DNA of 64,000 nt, from the NCBI GenBank assembly GCA_964016885.1, contig OZ024742.1, positions 54,436,001 to 54,500,000 on the forward strand, in the 5' to 3' direction. Position numbers and translations under genes: made by a program. This document shows positions 50,957 to 64,000 of the stretch, in pieces. The stretch is from Eledone cirrhosa (Eukaryota). Under the pieces are notes generated by a model. That model searched no databases. It was not told the origin of the DNA and was given only the letters and a program-made list of their open reading frames with translations. Position 1 is the first letter of the stretch; each line of letters begins with the position of its first letter.

Positions 50957-51294
50957 ATAAATTAACGGAGCCATAGACATTATTCCCTGTAAATTATGTG
51001 CTCAAGGGAAAAGGAATCCTGAGCTCTTCAAAATACAATATGTAGAAAGGATGACACACTAGAGAGAGAGGGAGTGTGTGTGTGTCTGCGCACACCATCA
51101 ATAAAACAGGGAAACCACCAATGTATGGAATCTATAACCTATGGAAGGTAGGGTAGACACATAATAATTAAAAATATAAATTAAAATGCGCACCTCTATA
51201 ACTATATAACACACACGTACAAACCCAAAGAGATCTGTTTGGCCAAAAAGTTATTAACTGAAATCGAAGCGCCTATGGGTCATCTTTGTTTCCA

Positions 51295-51659
<365 letters not shown>

Positions 51660-51741
51660 AGACACGCAGTGACTAACAACACAGAATGTTTTATGTCTAC
51701 GTGTCCGCCATATATGCGTAGGTTGTGAATAAAAAAAATCA

Positions 51742-52829
51742 AGGGGTGTTACTGGCCGTGGTGATCGCTCCCAACCATGTTTTGTAATGTATCGTCTTAT
51801 TGGCTAATTTCATCGTCTTATTGGCTAATCAACCAACGAGAGTAATTGTTGCTCAAAAGCATCCGCCATTTTGTTTGCACGTTTATTTATCGTTTCGCTT
51901 TCGAATCTTCCTCCTGTATTTCGTCGTTTTTCATTAAAATATTTTTCTCGTTTTGGTAAGTTATATTGTTAATTTATGTATGATTTTTAAAATTTATATT
52001 AACTATTTTTTTTTCAGTTCGTTATAACATGCTTATAATATTGGTTGTATCATATTTACTTGTATATTAGTCCATATTATTGTTCGTTTTATGTTAGATT
52101 ATTTTATTATTATTATGTTAGATTATTTCTTTATTATTATGTTAGCCTATTTTGTATGTAATATTTAATTTTTATTAATTCAACTATAACAATTATTATG
52201 TAAAATATATTTATTTAATATTGATTGTTTTTGTAGTTAAAAGTCTGAAAATATTTTTATACATCTTACAATAATATTTATAAGATCATTTATAAAATAA
52301 CAATTATATAATCTAATTACATTACAACGATAATTTATTATAAATATATATCATGTTTAACAAGCGTTGCCTTAAAAAATATTAAACTAGGCCTGAAAAA
52401 TACGCAAGCTCAAAAGAGCCACAGAATGTTATAATAAACCTTAAAAAGTGTTGGACTAGAGTTGTTGCTAAAAATATTGTAATCATTGTCTAACGTACGC
52501 TCTGTGGCATCCTTTTATAAAAAAGAGACTCATAACGAACTCAAGACGACACGATAATTATTTAAGTGAATGTATAATATAGAATTCGGTTTAAGTGCAT
52601 TTCGTATTAATCATTACTAAACATCTAATATGAGATATTAAACATTAGCTTAAATAATTATCGTATCGTCTTGAGTGCGTTATGAGTGTCTTTTTTATAA
52701 AATAATGCCACAGAGTGTACGATAGATAACGATTACAATATTTTTTGAGCAACAACTCTAGTCCCAAACTTTTGAAGGTTTATTATAACATTCTGTGACT
52801 CTTTGAGCTTGCGCATTTTCAGGTCTAGT
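51742..52829. mobile_element. AT-rich foldback-type non-autonomous element with an internal inverted repeat (52386-52580 / 52635-52829)
   Basis: Arms of ~195 bp are visible; 52195-52520 recurs inverted at ~60560-60905. The left boundary is approximate. Confidence 0.65.
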
Positions 52830-53081
<252 letters not shown>

Positions 53082-53236
53082 AAGGCGGGTAAAATTCTCG
53101 AGATCCATGGACGAGTTCTCTCCAGCGGTCCCTGTCCCTCATTATCGATGCATGTCCTGCGTCTCCAACAGACCAGTGTCTGTCCTTAGGGCATCAACAT
53201 ACGTTAACCTTGGTCTTCCTCTTCTAGTGTGTCCAT
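53082..53236 (-). mobile_element. RTE-like LINE extreme 3' fragment
   Basis: [29 protein letters not shown]. Confidence 0.65.
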
Positions 53237-53293
53237 GTGTGTGTGTGTGTATACTAATAATAAATAGGGTGAAGTGTTAAGTTTTCATTACTT

Positions 53294-53498
53294 TTATTGA
53301 GATGTGACGCGCGTTACGCGATCGATCAGCTCAAGTTTCGATCTGTATCGATCTGACCCGAATCTTGAATCAAAATCTCGTAAGACCTCTGTTACCATAA
53401 CGGAAGTCCGACGAGCCTTTGATTCCAGAGTTGGGCCAGATCGATGCAGACCGAACATTAAGTTGATGCATCGCAAAACGCATGTCACAACACAATAA
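53294..53498. repeat. Ungapped imperfect palindrome (~101-bp arms, 3-nt loop)
   Basis: The arms align without indels around the loop CCA near 53396, with short mismatches every few bases. Confidence 0.9.
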
Positions 53499-54329
53499 AC
53501 TTAATGAAGACCTAACATTTCGTCGTATTTAGTATTAGTATTACACTCTGCTTAGTACTGCACCTATATAACTACTTGAAAGTAGGTGAACCTGCAGATG
53601 TTGGACGTTACAATCCTTATATATATATAAATTGCCGAGATCTATGTAATTTCTATATATATTGTATAAAGCTATGCTTGAAGCGAAATCCTATTTCTTT
53701 TCTATTATAAGTTGAGTCAAATTACGCAGCTTCATATGCAAATGAGATTAATCACCTCATTTACACAGTCGCAGAGCAGTGGGAGGGATCGTCCTGACGA
53801 TATCCAGTCAAGCCTAAAATGCATATATGGTTGTCCCCCTTGCTTCTGCCGGACAACACGAGAGGGCATTAGCCTCCCCCCCCCCCTCGCATAGCTACGG
53901 CTTCCTAAAATCGTATTTCGAAAGAAATATGAAATTTCTATACATATTGTATAAAGCTATGCTTGAAGCGAAATCCTTTTTTTTTTTCTCTCTCTCTCTA
54001 TATATATATGTGATACCATGGTGACATATTTTTCTAGTGTGTTAAGCGATTTCTTAGATGACACCGCAAGCGTTTTCATACGCTTAAAAGTATCATATAT
54101 CATCAGTTACGTGTCGAAATGAGAGTTATATAATAAACGAAAAACCAAGGGTATTGCACGGGATTACATGAAGTTATCATACAGTTATTTAAAATGAATC
54201 AGACTTTTTCGAATTAGACAGGATTTAGCTCTATCAAAAAGAAGAAAACATATGCACATTCTCATTGCAATAACAATATAGTATATGTTATTTAAAATGT
54301 TCATGATCATAATAACACTTCTTCCAGCG

Positions 54330-55461
54330 GGTTCTGTCAGTTTTCAATTGGGCCGGCACGATTCCCAAGCTAAACCAGCCAAACACATGCTTGCTATCCA
54401 ACCATCTTACTCCGGGTCTATCCCTGGGATTCCTGGTGGTTGATTTTGCCCTTAAAATCTGTCAAGCGATTCTCTCCTGAGGCATTCTAACCACATGCCC
54501 ATAGTATCGGAGCTGTGATCTTTCAATTAGGAGAAGTAACAGTTCTACCGGGAGTGACTATTTGATCTTCGGGCTAGGCACTCTATAGAGTAATGCTTCT
54601 CTAAGGACCCGTCGGAGGAATTCCATTTAGGCCGCTTGTATTCGCAATCGTATTCTTTTCGTCATTACCCAAGATACATGACCATTGTTAAGGTTTGGCA
54701 CGAGTACCGAATTGAAGATAGCGAGTTTGGCTTTTACATCTAAATCATCGCATTACCCAATGCTGAATTTGGCGCAATACTGCACCAGTTCCTGCACAAT
54801 CTTGCACTTAATTCAACCTCCTGTCTTCCATAAGTCTAGCACACGACCCCATGTAGACTGCACTGTGCAGGCTTCAGACGGCGAATGTCTCTGTTTTCGC
54901 AGCAGTGATGTTCATTCAGCTACGCAGCACTCGTCATCAAACCTATCAAATACCAGTCGGAGATCACCTTAGTCGAGTTAAGCAACTCCATCTCGTCTGC
55001 AAATTCCAGCCGACTGCTTTCACACCTGCCAATCGTAATACACTTTCATCCCGTCTGCACATGTCAATCCTGTTCGCATGTCAATCAAGTTCATAGTGAA
55101 CTTAGGAGGTGACAGTAGGCACCATTGGTGGAGTCCGACTCCTACATTGGATGATTTTGATTTAGCACCATTTATCAAAGACATTAGGACAGCAAGAAGC
55201 TGACCATCGATAACGTACTCCTGCAGAACCTTCCATGGTAGGTACCTGGGAACGCGATCATATACCTTTCCCAGTTCTACAGCACAAAATATAACCCTTG
55301 GCACGATTTCGCGAAAGGCATGTAGCAGTGTGAATATTTGGTTGTTTGCGCTGCGTTCGAGGCAAAACCCTAACTGTTTCTCAACTAGCTTGGACATGAC
55401 AAACGTCCTGCATCTCTTTGCCAGGCACTTAGAATAGACTTTACCAGGTTAGGCTTAACAA

Positions 55462-55514
<53 letters not shown>

Positions 55515-57050
55515 CTCCTCTCTCTCTCTCTATCTATCTATCTCTCTCTTTCTCTATCGCTCTTGTTGTTCTCTGGAACGATATCTCTTGTCGTCCTCTT
55601 TAAAATCGGGATCATCACTCCCGATTGCCTTTGCATAGGTGCCTTTTCAGAGATCAATGTCACCCGGCATACCGGAGTCAGCAAACGTATACTTTCTCTA
55701 TTTAAGGCTTTTAACATCCTGGGCCGGATTTCATCTTCTCTAGCGCCCTTGCCACATTTGACCTCAGTCTCCGAGATTAGTCACCGCTCCCAGGTGCAAG
55801 TCGTGTACATTAGATGATGCATTTTTGATCTGGTTTAGGTGATCAGCAAAGCATTCTCTCCACCTCGCATGGATGCACCTTTCTTAAGAGAAGGGAACCG
55901 GAACCTCAGACGCGTTCCTGATAGCAGGTTAGGAGGAAGATTACTTATCACAAAGTCGGTGGATGGTCTGCCATCCCGCATTATTTGCTGATCTGAAGTC
56001 GGATTCCTACGTAACCCCATAGTCCTCCCAAGTCTTAGCTGTGGACGACATGTTTGTGTTTGCGGTGACTTTTCATGCCTAATTGTATCGCAAGTGCAAG
56101 AAGGGGGACTTATTTCGAAGCAAAGCTTTTTAGGCCTTCTTCTTTTCTCGAATGGCATCTTTGACCTTTTGTCTGAACCAAAGGGTCGTCCTGCTACGCG
56201 CATCATTCAAATGCTGAAGCAGAAAATGCTGAGCTAAACAATATCCCCTCTGTCTCAACATCCCCATTTTGCTCAGGAAGTTCTCTAAATTTTGATGCAT
56301 AGTATCTGCATACCTGGTCGGGCTTCCCAATTTATCCTGTAGGATGAGTTGCCGGTTTTGTGTGCTTCTTTGGCTTTAGTTTGTCACTAGTTGCAAATAA
56401 CTAGATAGTGACAGTTGACAGCTCATTCCCTCTCTTAACACGAACATCCATTACTAAATCGAAAAGATCAGAGAAATAAGTAAATCAATTATTGATCTCT
56501 GTCCTTGATTCCCTTCTATCAATAATATTTATGGATATCTATGTGGTCGAAGACGGTATCCATTGCTTGAAAAGAAGTCTAATAAGGTCGTTGTTCCTAC
56601 CAGTCACTCCATTCCATGTCAGGTGTTTAATATCGACATGCGCATTGAAGTCTCCCATCAGGATATATGACTCAATCATGACTACCTCTAACGCTGCAGT
56701 GACGTAATCAAGGGAGGATATGTGGTCGGACTCCCTGTTTTGTGCATAAACTTGACCATTCACAGAGACCTATATTTCAGCTTAAGCATCAAGAGGCAAA
56801 TCTTCCATCCTAATGGTATCCAGTCCATAACACATGCTGTCATCACGGGGCTTGGGTATATCCCAACACCCATATGCGTACTCATTTCTGGCGTCACACC
56901 TGAAGTTTCCATCCTCTATCCAAATCTACAGTGTCAAAGTCATGGAATTCTGTTGAGGAAATCCGTCTCGTCTCCTCCACTAGTTCCTACTCCTAACCTG
57001 TAAGGGTTGTAAGTTTCAGATCCCCATTGTCAAGTTTTGCTCACTTTCCT
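54330..57050 (-). mobile_element. Decayed RTE-clade LINE with APE endonuclease and RT
   Basis: YILMGDFNAHV (APE); EKQLGFCLERSANNQIFTL..ELGKVYDRVPR and VGLHQWCLLSP (RT); interrupted by (CT)n at 55465-55560. Confidence 0.8.
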
Positions 57051-58207
57051 TTGGTGTATCTGGATACGCAATCTTTGTGCGTCCATCCAACGCCTCCCAG
57101 GGAAGGTCGCAGGCCCATCGCTACTTTTTGCAATATGAAATTATACTATCTATTTTAAATAATACGAGATATTTTTATATTTTAGCTGACTAGAAATTTA
57201 ACTTTTGATATCAAAACAATATAGTCGCAAGGATGGAATAAAGTATGAAACCGCATGTAAACAAAATTCAATACCACGATTCTCTTATTACGACATAATT
57301 TATAAAATGATCTCCTCTATATCAGCAAACATTTCTCCTTATTCAATAAAACTTTTCCATTATACTAACTGTATGTAACTTTCAAGGAGAATGTTATGCG
57401 CATAACTATATGAAATTAAAACATGACGTTGTAACAGAATTGCTATTCGCTAAAGATTCCACACGTTTGTCAATTAAATAGTTTCAAAAGTGTAACTTTA
57501 TAATGCATTTAAAACATATGAATATTACTTATGTGCATTGACAAAAGGGAAAATATAATTCAAATAGCCTAATGTATGGAAATAGAGTTTTTATAATTAA
57601 ATATCATCAATAATGTTTAACTGTAAAGGTGCATTGCAAATATGAATTAGACAATAACATGTAAAGTCAATGCGAACTTGGAAATACTACAGGGTGTTAT
57701 CTATTCATAATTGACGTGTATTCACGTAAACTAAAATGAAATATTAGCATTGTAAGACAAGGCATTTAGTACCGTATATTCAGCAGTTTGTATGAATGCG
57801 ATTATATAACAATTTTAACGAGAAAAATACCACCAATTATTAAATCATAGGTATATTTATTATTGAGTAGTTACAGTATTTGTAATAATAGAATTCCATA
57901 ACGGCTTAGAAAATACGTATTATGAGATATATTTTTCTCTGTGACAGCTGTTTGTATGAATTCGTAGTACTTAGATATAAGGCATTAATATAATTTCAAT
58001 CATTGTTTTTATACAAAAGAGTCACATGAATATACACTGCTCTCTGTCACTGAAATGATGAAACACATAATAGTTGTAATGTAGAATTCTTTGAAAATGT
58101 TACAATGAAATGCTATTCAAAGTGGTACTTTTCAAATGTTCCTATTCAAGCTAAATGTAGTTACTTACGCATATTCCAGTTTAGAAATTTCATGAAATAA
58201 ATACAAA

Positions 58208-59800
<1,593 letters not shown>

Positions 59801-59838
59801 GAGCATAAATTGCACGGACGGCGTCCTCCCGTGTAAGA

Positions 59839-60905
59839 ATTATATATCGTACATTCTGTGGCATCCTTTATAAAAATAGCTTAAACCAACGAAGCCTTTA
59901 TTTTTACGCTATTTCACTTAGTTAATTCTTAGAGTGTAACATATAAAAATATGATTTACAACTATAAAATAAATTAATTAATATAATAACAGAGCTGCGG
60001 AGCTGAAATTTAGGAAATAAGGGAATGTCGGATCCTGAGTTGGAGCCAGTCAATTTTTGGCCGACTCCGCAGCCCTGTATAATACATTTCATATTAAAGT
60101 TATTAATAAACCTATTTTACACTGCATGCAAATTACCATGAGATATTGATATTAGATATAAGATACAGCGCAATATCTACAGCTGCAAAAGTACGAAAGC
60201 GAATGAATAATAAGTGGCTTAAGGTAATTCCAATATGAAAGTTTGTAGTGATAAAAATTTGATAATGCAATACGATTGTTAATATTATAGTTCTATGAAA
60301 ATGTAACAATAGATAACTAAATTATTTTACTATTAGTATATTTAAGAAATTATCATTATAGATTTGATCGTTCATATAAGCATCATATTAATTTTCAACA
60401 CAATTATTTTGTTACTATGAGTATATGATAATAATATTACGTAATTATTTATAGCTGTTATTACATTAAACATAGATGTATTTATTTTTATATGTTACAC
60501 TCTAAGAATTAACTAAGTGAAATAGCGTAAAAATAAAGGCTTCGTTGGTTTAAGCTATTTTTATAAAGGATGCCACAGAATGTACGATATATAATGATTA
60601 CAATATTTTTTAGCAACAACTCTAGTCCCACACTTTTGAAGGTTTATTATAACATTCTGTGGCACTTTTGAGCTTGCGCATTTTTCATGTCTAGTTTAAT
60701 ATTTTTTTAAGGCAACGCTTGTAATAACTCTAGTTAAAGAGGATATATATTAATAATAAATTATCGTTGTAATGTAATTAGATTATGTAATTGTTATTAT
60801 AAATTATCTTATAAATATTAGTGTAAGATGTATAAAAATATTTTCAGACTTTTAATATAAACAACTACAAAAAACAATCAATATTAAATCAATATATTAT
60901 ACATA
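59839..60905. mobile_element. Second copy of the foldback family, with a perfect 113-bp inverted repeat (59839-59951 / 60483-60595)
   Basis: Arms are identical by direct reading; 60560-60905 is an inverted homolog of 52195-52520. Confidence 0.75.
59990..60077. mobile_element. hAT-type MITE (88 bp)
   Basis: TIRs CAGAGCTGCGGAG / CTCCGCAGCCCTG; near-perfect 8-bp TSD TATAATAA / TATAATAC. Confidence 0.7.
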
Positions 60906-61255
60906 ATAGAAAACATAAAATAAACTTTACAAAAACAAAATATTTACATACAATTGCAATTATCAGTGTATATACATTTTCTTTATATTCCCTGAGCAAA
61001 TTAATAAGATTTGTTTTTATTGCACATAATTTGATGACTTGTTGGAGTGTATTAAAAGATAGCAACAATTTGTGATTAAATTGTTATCTTAAGCAACTCA
61101 CTTTTTAATAGTTGTTGGCTGAGCGAAATTGTAAAAGCCTATGAGCAAATATAAAAAAAAATACACAAACAACATTTCCTTGTGTTATTACAACATTAGA
61201 TAAAATAATTGAGCAATGTCGTTATATTTTGCTCTTATTGCACATTAATAGTGCT

Positions 61256-61420
61256 TCTATTTTTCGGCACAAATCCATTACGGCAGTCCATTACTGGTAC
61301 TTTATTTTATCGAATTAGTAAGTATGAAAGTCGAAGTTAACCTCGGCAGGATTTGAACTTAGAATGCAAAGGACCATAACAATACTGCAAAGCATGGTGT
61401 CTGACGCTCTACCAATACTT
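61256..61420 (-). mobile_element. Meta-type SINE (diverged)
   Basis: CATTACTGGTACTTTATTTTATCG..GTTAACCTCGGCAGGATTTGAACT. Confidence 0.8.
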
Positions 61421-61884
61421 GTGTTGAGCTGGTCATTAATTTATGGTGGTCGTGCGTGGAGTAGAGCAATCGCTAGTTGAAATATTATGAACAAAACATT
61501 TTTATTTGCCGAAGAACATATTTTCAATACTGTTTGTGAATGTGACGAAGGAAATACATTCTGATATGGAACAGTGTACAAAGTGTGTCTGTGAATAACA
61601 TAATGTTACCTTATGTTGTTGTCAAGACATAATGGATTTCGTATATCCAGTTAGAAGATGAAACCTAGCCATCTCGGATTAGTTATATTTCATGCCATGT
61701 GTAAACGTGTTTGAGGATAGCAAAATATGCGTGTTTCTTGTCTGGAAATTTTCTGCTAAACTGATTGGTTTCGTTTTTGGCACTATACAATACTCATCCA
61801 ACAGATAGCTGTATTGGATCCTTGATTGGTTAATATTTAGGTGAGGGTGCTTGATGCAGAGTTAGTGCAAAATGGATCAATGAG

Positions 61885-62550
61885 TGTAATAATAATAATG
61901 ATAATAATAATGAAAATATTGTGTACAATGCTGAGGTGCACTACAACTCATCAAAAGTGCATATATAATACATAGGGTAATATAAAAACGTCAGGAAAAA
62001 AGAACAGTGCATGAGTCATGATATACACATATGTGCATGTGTATGGAAGGGGGACATCAGGTGTAGTTTTGGTGTATTTCGGAATGTATGATGGTTTTAA
62101 AGGATGCAGTGTGTCATCAGCTAATAACTGATGCAGGAAGTTTGTTCCATCCTTCAGCAACTCTGAGCATGAAGAAATATTTCCTAAATTCATGGGAGCT
62201 GTGTTGTTTTCTGACTTTGTAGGCATGTCCACGTGTTAGACACATGGAGATCAAAAAGGTGTTCGGGGTTGTTGTTGGTCGGATGGTTAATAACTTTGTG
62301 GGTGTTTACCAAGTCCATTGCCAGAGGGAAGCAAAATATTCAGGGTATGGTAGGTGTCTGATGGAGGGTATGCGCTTGGTTGCATGTCTCTGAACAGTTT
62401 CCAGGAGGTCAATGTTCTGAGCAAGATAGGGGTTCCAGACTGATGACGCGAACTCCAAGTGTATTCGTACCATAGATGTATACAGCTTTAAATAGATGGC
62501 TGGAGAGCAGCTAATGAAGGTCTTGCTGATTGATGCCAAGTCAATCTTAA
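61885..62550 (-). mobile_element. CR1-clade LINE 3' fragment
   Basis: LYTSMVRIHLEFASSVWNPYL..LLETVQRHATKRIP..LPYPE; ATT-rich tail at ~61885-61915. Confidence 0.85.
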
Positions 62551-62727
62551 TAAATTGACTCATTTATCTGTTCACTACTGCTAATCCACCGCTGTTTGTA
62601 CAATTTTTTAGATAATGTCAATTTGAGCTTGAATCATTGGCGTAATGAAATTTGAAAAGATTATAAGCAAATCTTTTTTAAAATACACAGACAACATTTA
62701 ACTGTATCGTTGCAACATTAGATCTAA

Positions 62728-62905
62728 TAATTGTTTCTACTTTAGGCACAAGGCCAGCAATTACCCAGTGCATTACTGGTACTTTATTTTATCTACCCCG
62801 TAAGGATGAAAGGCAAAGTCAACCTCGGCAGGATTTGAACTCAGATCGTAAAGGGACGCAACTATGCTGGAAAGCATGGCATCCGACCCTCTACCAATAC
62901 TGCCA
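62728..62905 (-). mobile_element. Meta-type SINE, near full-length
   Basis: A-box TGGCAGTATTGGTAGAG, B-box GAGTTCAAATCC, Meta core, tail. Confidence 0.85.
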
Positions 62906-62932
62906 AAATAATGGAGCAACATTTGTGCAGAA

Positions 62933-63382
62933 TTATTGTTTGTGCAATAAGATATTTGCAGATCTGTACTCGGTCTGCTCTTTAGCCAACTCGGTACGTT
63001 TAGAAGCTCTACGCTCGGCTTGCTTTTGAGATATAATAGCTGAATTTGCAGATCTATACTTGGCCTGCTTGTTTGCCAACTCATACCGTTTTGAACATCT
63101 ATACTTGGCCTGTTTTTGTGTTAATTTAGCAAAATTCACAGCTCTATAATCGGCCTGTTTTTGTCTCAACTTCTCCCGATTCCGCATCCGGTAAGCTGCT
63201 TTCACATCCAATTTAATACGCCCATCTAGATTATTAGCACAGGAATGTGAACAAGCTTGTGGGACCGCATCATTGTAAGTAGATGAACTGCCTGCAACAT
63301 CAAGACCCAATTCACAAGTGCAGCGTTGCTCATTCACGATCGGCAGTGGGGACACCAAAATCAGTGACAGGTCTCGATTCAC
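62933..63382 (-). pseudogene. ORF fragment with five 15-aa basic repeats (..KQAxYR); possibly a Helitron-like N-terminal region
   Basis: MRNREKLRQKQADYR / AVNFAKLTQKQAKYR / CSKRYELANKQAKYR / SANSAIISQKQAERR / ASKRTELAKEQTEYR. Confidence 0.4.
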
Positions 63383-63426
63383 TCGCGAGATACATCACAG
63401 CTACACTATATATTTAAACATATATA

Positions 63427-63490
63427 CAGTGATACCTCGCTACTTGGCGGTTCAACTATCGCGGATTCACGATTTCGCGCAGTTTTAGAA
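63427..63490 (+). mobile_element. Tigger/pogo-like terminal inverted repeat end
   Basis: TA-CAGTGATACCTCGCTACTTGGCGG..TCGCGGATT resembles TcMar-Tigger termini; the partner end is not seen. Confidence 0.5.
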
Positions 63491-63800
63491 TATATATATG
63501 AACACCTAAAATTTTTCATTAAATCCATTAAAATATTAATAATAAACACAGTTCTAATCATACGCTATGTATATATATATATATATATATAAATATAAGT
63601 AATTAATACCGTATAAATGGTACAAAGACTGTTTATGTAAAATGTATTTCTCAACAGAGTATTGAATACTTAGGAGAAATTCAAAACGAAGAGTGATAAA
63701 ATTTCAAGCAAAGAGTTTAATTAGGTAATGACTTACACATTTGTTTCAGTATATAGACAAAGCCTGAAGCGCTAATTATAATAATTAGTTAATAATATTA

Positions 63801-63905
63801 CCTGAGGTTGACTTTGCCTTTCATCCTTACGGGGTCGATAAAATAAAGTACCAGTAATGCACTGGGTAATTGTTGGCCTTGTGCCTAAAGTAGAAACAAA
63901 TATTA
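63801..63905 (+). mobile_element. Meta-type SINE, 5'-truncated
   Basis: GAGGTTGACTTTGCCTTTCATCCTTACGGGGTCGATAAAATAAAGTACCAG...TAGAAACAA. Confidence 0.85.
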
Positions 63906-64000
63906 CAAAATATATTAATATTATATTAAATATATACTGAAACAAATTTGTAAGTTATTACCTAATTAAACTCTTTGCTTGAAATGTTATCATTCTTCGT

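Noticed and set aside
53294-53498. Mirror-image 64-aa ORFs on both strands
   Set aside because: A by-product of the palindrome, with non-ATG starts.

Overview
Eukaryotic (metazoan) AT-rich, repeat-dense intergenic/intronic DNA. The repeat repertoire (tRNA-derived Meta-type SINE with ATT tails, long TA/CA/CT/TTA microsatellites, RTE, CR1, Tx1-like, Penelope) suggests a mollusc, probably an octopus-like cephalopod (inference). I found no convincing host gene exon. The centrepiece is a head-to-tail array at 9.5-24.8 kb of four R4/Dong-clade non-LTR retrotransposons (RT plus restriction-like endonuclease) from two divergent families, all on the minus strand and associated with (TAA)n microsatellites. 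One copy (15975-19367, 1130 aa) has a fully intact ORF, and the two families share a homologous ~400-bp 5' terminal module. The window also holds several non-coding repeat families with hammerhead-ribozyme folds (one reconstructible as a full type I hammerhead with a GUC site), three Penelope-like elements, several large foldback/hairpin structures, MITEs, and a 15-aa-repeat ORF fragment. All calls come from reading the sequence; no database search or folding program was run.
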